A stretch of DNA of 64,000 nucleotides from Spirochaetia bacterium (GCA_965198005.1 CBDAOI010000004.1:2304001-2368000); one strand, 5' to 3'. Positions 43,410 to 52,770 are shown, numbered from the stretch's first letter. The notes: generated by a model from the sequence alone, not told the origin. A program made the numbers and translations.

Positions 43410-43923
43410 TCAAGCGACGAGCCCGTGGGTGTCGAGGCTCTCGCACAGAGCACACGCGCGGTCCTTGTGCGCCGCCACCACGCCCGGGCGGTGATGCTCC
43501 GGGCGTCGCTCGATCCAGCCGAGCAACGCGAGAGCGCGCACGACGACCAACATCGGCACCAACGCCGCATCCTCGTCCGGCAAGGCTCGCACCCGCCGGT
43601 AGCCGCGCAGCAGCGACGCGAAGTTCAGGTCGAAGCGCTCGGCCGGATGCCCAGTGAGCACCACCGCCAGGTCGTACTGGTGCCAGCCGAAGCCGGAGTC
43701 GTCGAAGTCGATCACCGCGAGCCGATCGCCGTCGACCAGGACGTTGTCGAAGTGCAGGTCGGCGTGGATCAGGCTGTAGGTCCGCGCGTCGACGCCGTAG
43801 CGGTCGAGCACCGCGCGGATCGCGTCGCGGGTGCGCACGACCAGCCGGCGCTCCGCGCGCGACAGCAGCGGTGAGTCCCAGAACCGACCCCAGAACGGCG
43901 TCTCGCCGAAAAAGCCTGCGACG
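43410..43923 (-). pseudogene. 3' half duplicate of the phosphotransferase at 47396-48394
   Basis: Near-identical DNA to 47396-47909; LIHADLH, IDFDD. Confidence 0.85.
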
Positions 43924-43924
43924 C

Positions 43925-44286
43925 TGGCGCGCCGCGGCTTTGTCGCCCATCGCCCGCATCGCCGCCGGCGGCGGGCCGACGAACACGATGCCGGCGGCCG
44001 CGCACGCCTCGGCGAAGTCGGCATTCTCGGACAGAAAGCCGTACCCTGGGTGGATGGCGTCGGCCGCGGTTGCTCGCGCCGCCGCGATGATCGCCGGCAT
44101 GGAGAGGTAGCTCTCGGTCGCACGGGCCGGCCCGATGCGCACGCGCTCGTCGGCGCTGCGGGTGTGCAGCGCATCGCGGTCGGCGTCTGAATAGACCGCG
44201 ACCGTGCGCACGCCCAACTGCCGGCAGGTGCGAAAGATGCGCAGCGCGATCTCGCCGCGGTTGGCGACTAGGACCTTGCCGAACAT
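43925..44286 (-). pseudogene. biotin carboxylase N-terminal fragment
   Basis: [31 protein letters not shown], then truncated. Confidence 0.9.
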
Positions 44287-44323
44287 CGGCTCTCGGCGAT
44301 GCCCGCAGCGGCTGCAGGCCTAC

Positions 44324-44371
44324 GCATCCGGCGCGGCATCGGGCGCGGCATCGGGCGCGGCATCGGGCGCG
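44324..44371 (+). repeat. tandem 12-mer GCATCGGGCGCG x4
   Basis: Read from the sequence; first unit has one mismatch. Confidence 0.9.
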
Positions 44372-44478
44372 GCGGTCGCGGGGCATCACTGTTGCCCATG
44401 AGATTGCGACGCGGGACGCCCGCAGCGGGTGGACGCTACTGGTGCATGTGGCTAATGTACCACTTGGAGTTGACGGTG

Positions 44479-44718
44479 ATGAGAACCCAGATCTACCTGA
44501 CCGACGAGCAGAGAGACATCCTCGGGAACCAGGCTGCAAGAACCGGCCGACCGATGAGTGAACTGATTCGCGAAGCACTCGACGAATACCTTCGACGCCA
44601 CGCGCAGGAGCGGCGACAAGAAGTACTTCGCAACGCAGCGGGTCTCTGGGCCGATCGGCTAGACCGCGCGCAATTCGACGACGCGCGCGCTACGCTGGAC
44701 AGAGATCTGTCGCCATGA
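44479..44718 (+). CDS. vapB: CopG/RHH antitoxin (VapB-like)
   Basis: MRTQIYLT...SELIREALDEYL; ATGA overlap with the PIN gene. Confidence 0.85.
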   Translation: MRTQIYLTDEQRDILGNQAARTGRPMSELIREALDEYLRRHAQERRQEVLRNAAGLWADRLDRAQFDDARATLDRDLSP

Positions 44719-44885
44719 GAGGCATTCTCCTGGACACCGACATCGCCATCGACTACCTGCGTGGAGTCCAGGCAGCGGTCGATTTCGTCAAGCAGCATGA
44801 GAGGGAGATTTCGCTGTCGGCCGTGACGGTTGCCGAGCTCTTCGCAGGTGTGAGGGACGGCGACGAGACGGTCAAGCTGGAGGAC
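44715..44885 (+). pseudogene. vapC: VapC PIN toxin, 3'-truncated
   Basis: ILLDTDIAIDYLRG...SAVTVAELFAG, then fused to the truncated end of SBP 4. Confidence 0.8.
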
Positions 44886-44889
44886 TCTG

Positions 44890-46318
44890 ATCCTTTACCT
44901 GAGTGTTCCACGTCGGCCCGTCAGTAATCACCAACTCAACATCAACGCCAATCGCATCCCAGTAGGCGATAGATATTTCTCCATAGTCAGAAAACTGTGG
45001 AAAACTGTGAGACAATATGGTCTTAAATCTGATGCCGTCCGCGCCGCGCCTGTATCCGGCCTCATCAAGCAACGCTTCTGCCCCCTCCGGGTCATACCTG
45101 TAGTATTGCTTGATTTCTTCGGGCCAGGTTTCAAATGGCGTGCTCCACCCAATTTGATGTTCAGCTATTAACCCTTGAGGTTGCCAGGAAGCAAAACCCT
45201 TAAAGAAAGTTTCGCTAATTGTCTCAAGGTCCAGTGCCATCTGCATTGCTCGGCGCACTCTTATGTCGCTAAAGGGCGGCTCGGTTACGTTAAGGCTGAA
45301 GGCATAATTCGACCGTTGATAAAACGGCCACAACTCGAGGTCGGTTGTCTTCTGGAGGCTCTCAAAGTCGTCGAGAGAATTCATCGACCAATGGGTGCCC
45401 ATACCTCCAAAACCAACCTTGCCCGTGCGCAGCGCCGACAGACGTGTTGCTTCGTCTAATATAAAGAGGCCCTTTAACTCGTCAATATAGGGCAAGCGGT
45501 TCTCCGGGTATTTTTCGTCGTAGCCCCAGTAGTCAGGATTCTTTTTCCAGGTCATAGAGCTGCCGTCGATCCACTCAGTCAGCATATAGGGCCCGGTGCC
45601 GACCACGTTTCTCCAATCCGCAACGTCGCCGTGTTCCTTGATTACCTCGGGGGGGTAATATCCACGTCCAGGCGTCGTCGAGTATGATTTTCAGCGCACT
45701 GAGCATTGGCTGCTTCAGCTTAAAGACAACCGTCCAATCGTCGGTGGCTGTTATCGATTCGAATGTCACGTTGGGGATACTTCCAAAACGGGCGGGACGT
45801 TCGGTGAAGCCGCTGCCCAGAGTTGCGAGACGGTGCCAGTTATACTCTATGTCCTTGGCAGTTAGCTCCCGGCCGTTCATCGGTGCCTTATCATGCCAGT
45901 GAACGCCCTTGCGGATCTTGAACACATAAGTTGTGGCGTCGGGTTGCGACCAGCTTTCCGCCAGCTGCCCTATGAAGAAAGATTCAGGCACAACACCGCC
46001 GGATTTAATGTCATATACGTCCCGATCTATTCCCCAGTCCGCTTGGGCTAGCCTCTCATAAACGCCACTGACGAGGAACCCCGCGTGGTGACCAGTAATC
46101 GACGGGTCCGGTCCCTCGGACTCGGGGCCCCAGAGCAACATGAGTGTCCCGCCGTACTGCGGCGCGGTCACCATCTTGCCCGTGGTGGGGTCGAGCACCA
46201 TTTCCCTCTCGGCGGCGGCTGCCGACTCCTCTTCTGCGCCAGCGGCCCACAGGCCGGTGGCGGTCGGGGCCAGGACCAACGCAACCGCGAAGGTCATTCT
46301 AATGATTGCAATATTCAT
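44890..46318 (-). pseudogene. family 5 SBP 4, frameshift at a G-run near 45650 and 3'-truncated
   Basis: MNIAIIRMTFAVALV...APQYGGTL, LAESW, GTGPY, PPFSDIRVRRAM; stops about 100 aa short of the paralogs. Confidence 0.85.
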
Positions 46319-46454
46319 ACGCTTCTCCGTATGTAGATTTTTTGAGAGTATTGCGGAGCGACTTGGCGCAGCTCCCTGGCTCCTCTCGCGCCTGCCACGC
46401 AGGCGGCCAGTCAGAGTCGAGTGGGTGACACGCGCGGCGTGCGACTCATCGGGC

Positions 46455-46490
46455 TCACGCCGCGCGCGCGTAGGGTTCTTTGAGCAACAT
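46455..46490 (-). CDS. leader peptide uORF2 MLLKEPYARAA
   Basis: AGGAGG-N5-ATG; 9 of 11 aa identical to 26705-26740. Confidence 0.65.
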   Translation of the reverse strand: MLLKEPYARAA

Positions 46491-46847
46491 TTGCACCTCC
46501 TTTTTCTGTAGGTTGCGGCAATTGACAGTGAGGGAGCTGCGTCACAACGCCACCCGCGGCGGCGGTCGGCGCAGCAGCAAGTCTGATTGACCGGCGACGC
46601 CGGCGGTGGGTCTTGCCGGCAGTGAGTCGCGGCGCGGATCCGGCTCGGTCGCGGTCGACGATAACGGCGCGGGCGGTCCGCATGCCGGTTCGCCGATGGA
46701 CCGAGCCGGTGAGGAGCAACGCAGCCAGGCGGGATGCATTCGCCGCTCGAATGCAGGCGGAGTTTCGCCACGGGCTGCGAGCTACGGCGGTAGTGAAGGC
46801 GACGGTGGTGTGCGCGGGGTCGCGTACGCGGCGATCAGCCGGAGCGG

Positions 46848-46958
46848 TTAGTTGTTCGTCGGTTCGAAAAGTGTGTGTGTGGGGGGGGGGGTAGAATGCA
46901 CCGGTTGCGTCACCGCCAGCCGGCCACTGCGCTCACTGTCATCATGGCGTTTCATCAT
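46848..46958 (-). CDS. putative uORF1 MMKRHDDSERSGRLAVTQPVHSTPPPTHTLFEPTNN
   Basis: Hand translation; stop lies in the conserved CGGTTAG block, as in the 42552 copy. Confidence 0.5.
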   Translation of the reverse strand: MMKRHDDSERSGRLAVTQPVHSTPPPTHTLFEPTNN

Positions 46959-47194
46959 CGATCCGTTGAATCGTGGGTTCAAAGTATAGGGCCCGGCGCA
47001 AGAACGTCAACCGCGATTCTGGCCTCGTGCACCTGCGTGGCTGCCGCCTAGCCCGCTGCGCGACCGCCAGCCGGTGGCTGGGGTGGAGCGCGTCCGTACC
47101 CGTGAGTGCAAGCGGCGACCTAACCCGGTGCGCCAGCGCTAGCCGGCGGCTGGGCTGGCTAGTGTCAGTCGCCATACGCGCACGAGTGTAGCCG

Positions 47195-47326
47195 GCCGCC
47201 CACGGTCTTTCCCTGGAACTCGATCTGCGCAACCGTGGTGTCCATCGTGAGCGCCGTGCCGTCCGCGAGCACGTACTCATCATGCGACTTGGGCTCAAGA
47301 CCAATCGCTTGCAATGCCGGCGCGGC
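47195..47326 (-). pseudogene. internal fragment of a second copy of the aspartic protease
   Basis: Near-identical to 43056-43188. Confidence 0.85.
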
Positions 47327-47395
47327 ACCGGCCGGCGCGATGCCGGTCGACGTGTGGGGCATGTGATTGCCGCGACCACCCTGCCGGTAAAGTCG

Positions 47396-48394
47396 TCAAG
47401 CGACGAGCCCGTGGGTGTCGAGGCTCTCGCACAGAGCGCACGCGCGGTCCTTGTGCGCCGCCACCACGCCCGGGCGGTGATGCTCCGGGCGTCGCTCGAT
47501 CCAGCCGAGCAATGCGAGAGCGCGCACGACGACCAACATCGGCACCAACGCCGCATCCTCGTCCGGCAAGGCTCGCAGCCGCCGGTAGCCGCGCAGCAGC
47601 GACGCGAAGTTCAGGTCGAAGCGCTCGGCCGGATGCCCGGCGAGCACCACCGCCAGTTCGTACTGGTGCCAGCCGAAGCCGGAGTCGTCGAAGTCGATCA
47701 CCGCGAGCCGATCGCCGTCGACCAGGACGTTGTCGAAGTGCAGGTCGGCGTGGATCAGGCTGTAGGTCCGCGCGTCGACGCCGTAGCGGTCGAGCACCGC
47801 GCGGATCGCGTCGCGGGTGCGCACGACCAGCCGGCGCTCCGCGCGCGACAGCAGCGGTGAGTCCCAGAACCGACCCCAGAACGGCGTCTCGCCGAAGAAG
47901 CCTGCGACGTCGAATGCGTGTCGGGTGAAACCCGCGGGCGCCGCCCACCCGCTCGACTGATTGTGGACCGTCGCCGCTATGGCCCCGATCTCATCGAACT
48001 GCGGCAGGTAGGCGTCCGCATCGGCATCTGCCAGCACGCGACGGATCGGCGTGCCTTCGATCCAGCGCGTCACGCCGGCGTAGCGTCGCTCGCCGTCGGC
48101 GGCGACCACCTCGACGTAGTTGCGGCCGCCGTTCGTGGTCACGCCGCGGGGCACGTCCATCCCCGCACCTGCCAGTGCGGCGGTCCATGCGCGCTCCGAG
48201 TCGAGCTCGGCGAGCGTGTGATAACCCGGCCGGTGCAGGCGCAGCACGTAGGCGTCGCCATCGGTCCCGTCCACCCGGAACGTGACGTTCTCGGAGACGG
48301 TGACCAGCGACAGCGCCCCGCCGGTGAGCCCGAACGCAGCCATCGCGGCTTGAGCCGCGCCGCCGTAGCGCTGTTCGATCGCTGCGCTACCCAC
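47396..48394 (-). CDS. aminoglycoside-phosphotransferase/homoserine kinase type II family kinase
   Basis: [37 protein letters not shown]. Confidence 0.88.
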   Translation of the reverse strand: MGSAAIEQRYGGAAQAAMAAFGLTGGALSLVTVSENVTFRVDGTDGDAYVLRLHRPGYHTLAELDSERAWTAALAGAGMDVPRGVTTNGGRNYVEVVAADGERRYAGVTRWIEGTPIRRVLADADADAYLPQFDEIGAIAATVHNQSSGWAAPAGFTRHAFDVAGFFGETPFWGRFWDSPLLSRAERRLVVRTRDAIRAVLDRYGVDARTYSLIHADLHFDNVLVDGDRLAVIDFDDSGFGWHQYELAVVLAGHPAERFDLNFASLLRGYRRLRALPDEDAALVPMLVVVRALALLGWIERRPEHHRPGVVAAHKDRACALCESLDTHGLVA

Positions 48395-48409
48395 CGGAGA
48401 AATCGGCCA

Positions 48410-49792
48410 TCACCTCGCCAGGTCCTCGATGCTGAAGCCCAGGGCTCCGGCGCGGCGCACCTCCGGGGCGACTCCGCCGCGGCCCCAGAGCACGAGGGTC
48501 GGTTCGTCTACGGGACTGGGAACGAAGGGTAGCTTCCTGCGTAGTGCTTCGAGTTCCCGCCTACCAAGCGGCGCCGACTGCCAGCGAGCCTCGCCCAGGA
48601 GCGCGGTATGGCTGCCGCGAAGGCCGAGCACGTCGACCTCCAAGCTCGCGCCGCGCCCGGACCACCACCGTCCGATGACCAGGTCGGCGCGAAGCTCACC
48701 CCGCTGCACGAGCCGCCGGGCGTGGGCGCGTGCCTGCTGCTCGAACACGAAGCCGACGTGCGTCTGCCACCGCGGCAGCACCCGTTCCAGCACCGCGTCA
48801 CCCTGGCCGCCTTCGATGAGCGCCACCTCCGTGTAGAGCACCTGGAACCAGAAGCGCAAGTAGGGATCCGGTATCTCGTACGAGCCGCGCGCACCGCGCG
48901 GTGCGCCCACAGGCAGGTCCTTGGCCACGAAGCCGGTTCTGATCAATACGTCCAAAGCATGGTCGATACGTTGGCCGACTTCGCCGGCAATGTGGGAAAA
49001 ACGGGTCCGTCCGCGCCCGATGGCTGCCAGGATCTGGGCGTAGCCGCCGGTCGGGGAGAGTTCCTCCCGGAGCATGCCGGCGGCGTCCTCGAGCAGTACG
49101 CCACCCGGCGTGAACGCGAGTCGGCGCAAGTTCTCGGGTGTCGATCTTCCCGCTTCCCACTTCCGGAGATGCAGTGGATATCCGCCGCAAGCCGCGTACG
49201 CTTGCAGCAGGTCCTCGGCCGGCAGATCGGGAAGAAACGTGCGAGCCGCGATCAGGTCCACGGGCGCCAGCGGCAGCGACAGCGTCGCGCGCCCCCGCAG
49301 GGCTCCGCCGGCACCCAGAATCTCCTCCATCACCCCCACGGCCGAGCCGGTCAGCACCAGTGCCAGTCTGGTCCCAGGCCGCAGGTGGTCCCACACCACC
49401 TGCACGATACTGGCAAACCCGGGGGTCGAATGCGCCAGATAGGGAACCTCGTCCAGTATCACGAGGAGAGGCCGTTCCGTGGCCGCAGCAGCGCAGAACT
49501 GCAGGGCCGCCTCCCAGGTCGGGAATGTACCACCGGCCAGGTGTGCCGCCCGCTCACCGAGATCTCGGTGGATCACCTCGGTAAGCCGCCGCAGCTCGAC
49601 CGCCTCCGCCTGCTGCGTGGCGCCGAAGAACACGGCTCTCTTGCCTTTCGCGAAGTGGGACAGCAGGAACGTCTTGCCGACCCGCCGGCGCCCCCATACG
49701 ACGAGCAGTTGAGGATTTCCCTCCTCGGCGCTCTGCCAAGCCGCATTCAGCCGGCTAAGCTCCGCGGTCCGATTCACAAGTGGTTCGAGCAT
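48410..49792 (-). CDS. archaeal-type AAA ATPase with wHTH and DUF234/nuclease-like C-terminus
   Basis: NRTAEL, WGRRRVGKT, ILDEVPY, GGYP, DPYLRFW, GRWW...EVDV...GEARW. Confidence 0.88.
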   Translation of the reverse strand: MLEPLVNRTAELSRLNAAWQSAEEGNPQLLVVWGRRRVGKTFLLSHFAKGKRAVFFGATQQAEAVELRRLTEVIHRDLGERAAHLAGGTFPTWEAALQFCAAAATERPLLVILDEVPYLAHSTPGFASIVQVVWDHLRPGTRLALVLTGSAVGVMEEILGAGGALRGRATLSLPLAPVDLIAARTFLPDLPAEDLLQAYAACGGYPLHLRKWEAGRSTPENLRRLAFTPGGVLLEDAAGMLREELSPTGGYAQILAAIGRGRTRFSHIAGEVGQRIDHALDVLIRTGFVAKDLPVGAPRGARGSYEIPDPYLRFWFQVLYTEVALIEGGQGDAVLERVLPRWQTHVGFVFEQQARAHARRLVQRGELRADLVIGRWWSGRGASLEVDVLGLRGSHTALLGEARWQSAPLGRRELEALRRKLPFVPSPVDEPTLVLWGRGGVAPEVRRAGALGFSIEDLAR

Positions 49793-49836
49793 GTTGCGAC
49801 TCCAACCTCCCCTTTTTCGGAGTTTAGTCACAATGC

Positions 49837-49884
49837 TTCGTAGTTGCAACCGTTCGTAGTTCTAACGGTTCGTAGTTGTAACGG
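49837..49884. repeat. 3 x 16-bp tandem repeat upstream of the ATPase
   Basis: TTCGTAGTTGCAACCG / TTCGTAGTTCTAACGG / TTCGTAGTTGTAACGG. Confidence 0.9.
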
Positions 49885-49923
49885 TTGTTGCGGCGAGCGG
49901 CAGAAGGGTTTCGCCACGGGCTG

Positions 49924-51204
49924 CTAGCCACCGGAGAGATCGGCCATCACCTCGCGGAAGGCGGCCAGGAACGCATCGGCATCGGCGGCGCTCAAGACGA
50001 GCGGCGGACGCAGCTTGAGCACGTTGCCGTGCGCGCCGGCGCTCCCGGTCAGGAAGCCCCTGTCCTTGAGCGCGTTGACGATATTGGCGGCCGCTTCCCG
50101 ATCGGGCGCCTTCGTCGCCGGATCCTCGACCAGGTCGACCCCGACGAACAGGCCGTGGCCGCGCACGTCACCCATCACCGGATAGTGGGGCTGTATCTCC
50201 TTCAGCCCCTCGATCAGGTGCGCGCCAACGGTCGCGACGTTCTGCCGCAGACCCTCCTGTTCGATGATGTCGATGACCGCCTTGCCGACGGCGCCCTGCA
50301 GCGGGCTCGACGCGAAGGTGTTGAAGTAGCCCGTCCTGCGGAACGTCTCCACGAGATCGCGGCTGGCGGTCGTTGCGGCCAGGGGCAGCCCGGCCCCCAT
50401 CGGCTTGCCCGTCACCACGATGTCGGGCTCGAATCCCGCAACCTCGTAGCCCCACCACCGACCGGTGCGGCAATAGCCGGCCTGGACCTCGTCGGCGATG
50501 ACGACTCCGCCCGCCGCGCGTGCGATCTCCGCTGCCCGCGGCATGAAACCGGCGGGCACCGTGGGCAGCCCCTCGTTCGCGAAAATCGGGCAAACCAGGA
50601 GTCCGGCAAACCCGACGCCGTCGTTGGTGAGGTTGTCGATGGCCGCCTGCAGGCGATCGAGGTAGCGATCCCGGAGTTGGTCGAGGGGTCCGTCGGCGAG
50701 CGGTCGATAGGTTTGCGGAAACGGAAAGCCACGCACCTCGGCGCCCCGCTCGGGATTGCGCCGGCCCACGTGGGTGAGCTTGCCGACCGCCTCGCTGGTG
50801 CCGTGATAGGCGGCGTCCGAGCAGACGATCCCGCGCCGACCGGTCGCCGCCCGCGCCATGCGCAGCGCCACCTCGTTCGCCTCGGTCCCGGTGCACGAGA
50901 ACACGACGCTCTCCAGGCGCTCCCCGTGGAGCCCGGTGATCCGTTCGGCCAGCTCGAGAATGGCTTCGTGCAGATACCGGCTGTGCACGTTGAGGGTCGC
51001 CTGCTGGGTCGCCATCGCCTCGACTATCCGGGGATGGGCATGGCCGACGCAGGGAACGTTGTTGTACAGGTCAAGGTAGCGGCGGCCGGCGGCATCGAAC
51101 AGATAGGCGCCCTCCCCGCGCACGAGGTGCAACGGCTCGCGATAGAACAGCGGGGCGCCGGCCCCGAGGGCCCGGTTGCGCCGTTGGATGAGGTCAGTGG
51201 TCAT
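49924..51204 (-). CDS. class III PLP aminotransferase, AGXT2-like/phospho-lyase type
   Basis: YLDLYNNVPCVGHAHP, LNVHSRYLH, IADEVQAG, GKPMGAG, YFNTF, LKLRPPL. Confidence 0.9.
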   Translation of the reverse strand: MTTDLIQRRNRALGAGAPLFYREPLHLVRGEGAYLFDAAGRRYLDLYNNVPCVGHAHPRIVEAMATQQATLNVHSRYLHEAILELAERITGLHGERLESVVFSCTGTEANEVALRMARAATGRRGIVCSDAAYHGTSEAVGKLTHVGRRNPERGAEVRGFPFPQTYRPLADGPLDQLRDRYLDRLQAAIDNLTNDGVGFAGLLVCPIFANEGLPTVPAGFMPRAAEIARAAGGVVIADEVQAGYCRTGRWWGYEVAGFEPDIVVTGKPMGAGLPLAATTASRDLVETFRRTGYFNTFASSPLQGAVGKAVIDIIEQEGLRQNVATVGAHLIEGLKEIQPHYPVMGDVRGHGLFVGVDLVEDPATKAPDREAAANIVNALKDRGFLTGSAGAHGNVLKLRPPLVLSAADADAFLAAFREVMADLSGG

Positions 51205-51324
51205 GTGCGATTGTAACCGACCGACCACTGTCCGCGCAGGATCAATCGCCTTCGCGCGTCTTCCGCCCGCCAGCTTCTCACAGCACTTACCCAGAGGTAA
51301 AGCGGCTATAAGAATCGTCCCGAG

Positions 51325-51570
51325 GGGATCCGAGTGAAACACCGGATGGGGGCGAACTCCATCAAGATGTACGACAAGCACGGCCGCAGCTTGCGGGTAG
51401 AGACCACGATCAACGACCCGAGCCCCTTCACGATCGTGCGCGCCGCAGAGGGTAACCCCGACGGTGTCCGCAGCCGGCGCCCGATGCGGCGCGGCATCAG
51501 CGACCTGGCGAGCCGGGCGCAGCTGTCGCAGGCTGCCAACGAACGCTACTTGGAGGCCCTCGCCAGCCTT
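51325..51570 (+). pseudogene. fragment of a mobile-element protein with Rep_trans-like YDK...RVE motif
   Basis: KHRMGANSIKMYDKHGRSLRVETTINDP...MRRGISDL...AANERYLEALA; no full ORF. Confidence 0.5.
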
Positions 51571-51655
51571 AATGGCATAGGGAGCCAGCACGTCGGCGAA
51601 CATTTCCCTGCCAGGCGTATGAATCCTCCCGTTACGCGCTCGTCCGCCGCGGCCG

Positions 51656-52000
51656 TCACGCCGTCAGCGTGCGTATCTTGGCCAGGGCGTCGACCGTTGT
51701 TTCCGCCGGCAGCCGGCAAATGTGCTCGGCCTTCCTGGCTCGCCAGTCGAGGCTCTTGAGTTGATCGGCCAGGATCACGCCTGTGATCCCGAGGTGCCGC
51801 GGAATCTTCACCTCGTATGGATAGCCCTTGCGCTTGCCGGTTACCGGGCAGAACAGAGCCAGCCCGACCTTCTCATTGTACGCGCGCGGCGACACCACGA
51901 CTGCCGGCCGACGCCCTGCCTGCTCATGACCGGCCTGCGGATCGAACGTCAGCCAAACGAGGTCCCCACGCTCGGGAGCCGAGGCGGCTCCCACTACCAA
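51656..52000 (-). CDS. mazF: MazF/PemK endoribonuclease toxin
   Basis: PERGDLVWLTFDPQAGHEQAGRRPAVVVSP, ADQLKSLDWRAR. Confidence 0.95.
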   Translation of the reverse strand: MVVGAASAPERGDLVWLTFDPQAGHEQAGRRPAVVVSPRAYNEKVGLALFCPVTGKRKGYPYEVKIPRHLGITGVILADQLKSLDWRARKAEHICRLPAETTVDALAKIRTLTA

Positions 52001-52236
52001 GTCTCACGTCCGACGTTTGGGCCGGTCCGGGTCTCCTGATGCAGATTAGCCGTGTCGATGCCGGCAAGCAGGTTATCGAGGTCATAGTGTGGGACCCGGA
52101 TCGGCTCAACAGTTATCGTGCCCTCATGTGCCACCAGGTTCACGGTCGTCCCGGCGGCAACGTTTGCTTCCGCACAGAGCGCCTTCGGAATTCGTAGCGC
52201 CAGGCTGTTGCCCCACTTCTGCACCTTGGTCTTCAT
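51994..52236 (-). CDS. mazE: MazE/AbrB antitoxin
   Basis: KWGNSLALRIP, YDLDNLLAGI...GRE.W. Confidence 0.95.
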   Translation of the reverse strand: MKTKVQKWGNSLALRIPKALCAEANVAAGTTVNLVAHEGTITVEPIRVPHYDLDNLLAGIDTANLHQETRTGPNVGRETW

Positions 52237-52379
52237 CGCGATCCCTCACTTAGAATCTACATTGAGTATACGCGCCTGCCATCCTCGCGGTCAACTCGCC
52301 GCGGCCGTGCCGACGCTGCTGCGAACGCGGCTCATGCGCGAAGTGCTTTGGTCGATGTCCTGTCGTCGTCGCCGCCCGG

Positions 52380-52770
52380 GCTAGCGAAGCTGCTGCCCCG
52401 GAAAGTGGGCGTCGCGGCTGTCGGCTCGGTCGAAGGGGCGCCCCGAACCCGGGGCATGAGGAACCTGCAGGCGGAACTGGCCGCCCGGTGCGGCAAGCGA
52501 CCGCTTGCGGTCCTACTCGACGAGGCGCACACGCTCGATCTCGAAGTGGGCAGAACGCTGCTCAACGCCAGTCAACAGGTGCGCGCCGCTGCGCCGTTTC
52601 CTTTTGGTGCTGGCCGGCACGCCGGGCTTGGCGGCGCATCTCGGCGCCATGAATGCGTCCTTCCGGAGCCGCTTGGGCGTGGGCCGCCTGGGCATCGGCC
52701 TGCTGAGCGACGCGGCCACCCGCGCCGCCCTGGTCGAGCCGCTGGCCGCCCATGGCGTGGAGATCGACGC
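52380..52770 (+). pseudogene. AAA ATPase internal fragment (frameshifted)
   Basis: PLAVLLDEAH Walker B, LVLAGTPGL, ALVEPL. Confidence 0.65.

Larger units (their letters stand above)
46319..47010 (-). promoter_or_regulatory. conserved SBP 5' leader, copy B (promoter TTGACG-N16-TATACT at 46983-47010)
   Basis: Colinear homology with 26570-27192. Confidence 0.75.
48386..49955. mobile_element. inserted ATPase cassette bounded by 33-bp direct repeats (48386-48418 and 49923-49955)
   Basis: GCTA(C/G)CCACCGGAGA(A/G)ATCGGCCATCACCTCGC, 31 of 33 identical. Confidence 0.7.

Noticed and set aside
43267-44286. Novel biotin carboxylase-kinase fusion
   Set aside because: A deletion junction between two truncated genes, with the kinase part out of frame.
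43343-47909. Diversity-generating retroelement template/variable repeat pair
   Set aside because: Mismatches between the copies are not adenine-specific, and no reverse transcriptase is in the window.
49837-49884. CRISPR array
   Set aside because: Units are contiguous 16-mers with no spacers, and no cas genes are present.
51656-52236. Integron cassette array
   Set aside because: No attC-like sites and no intI integrase seen.
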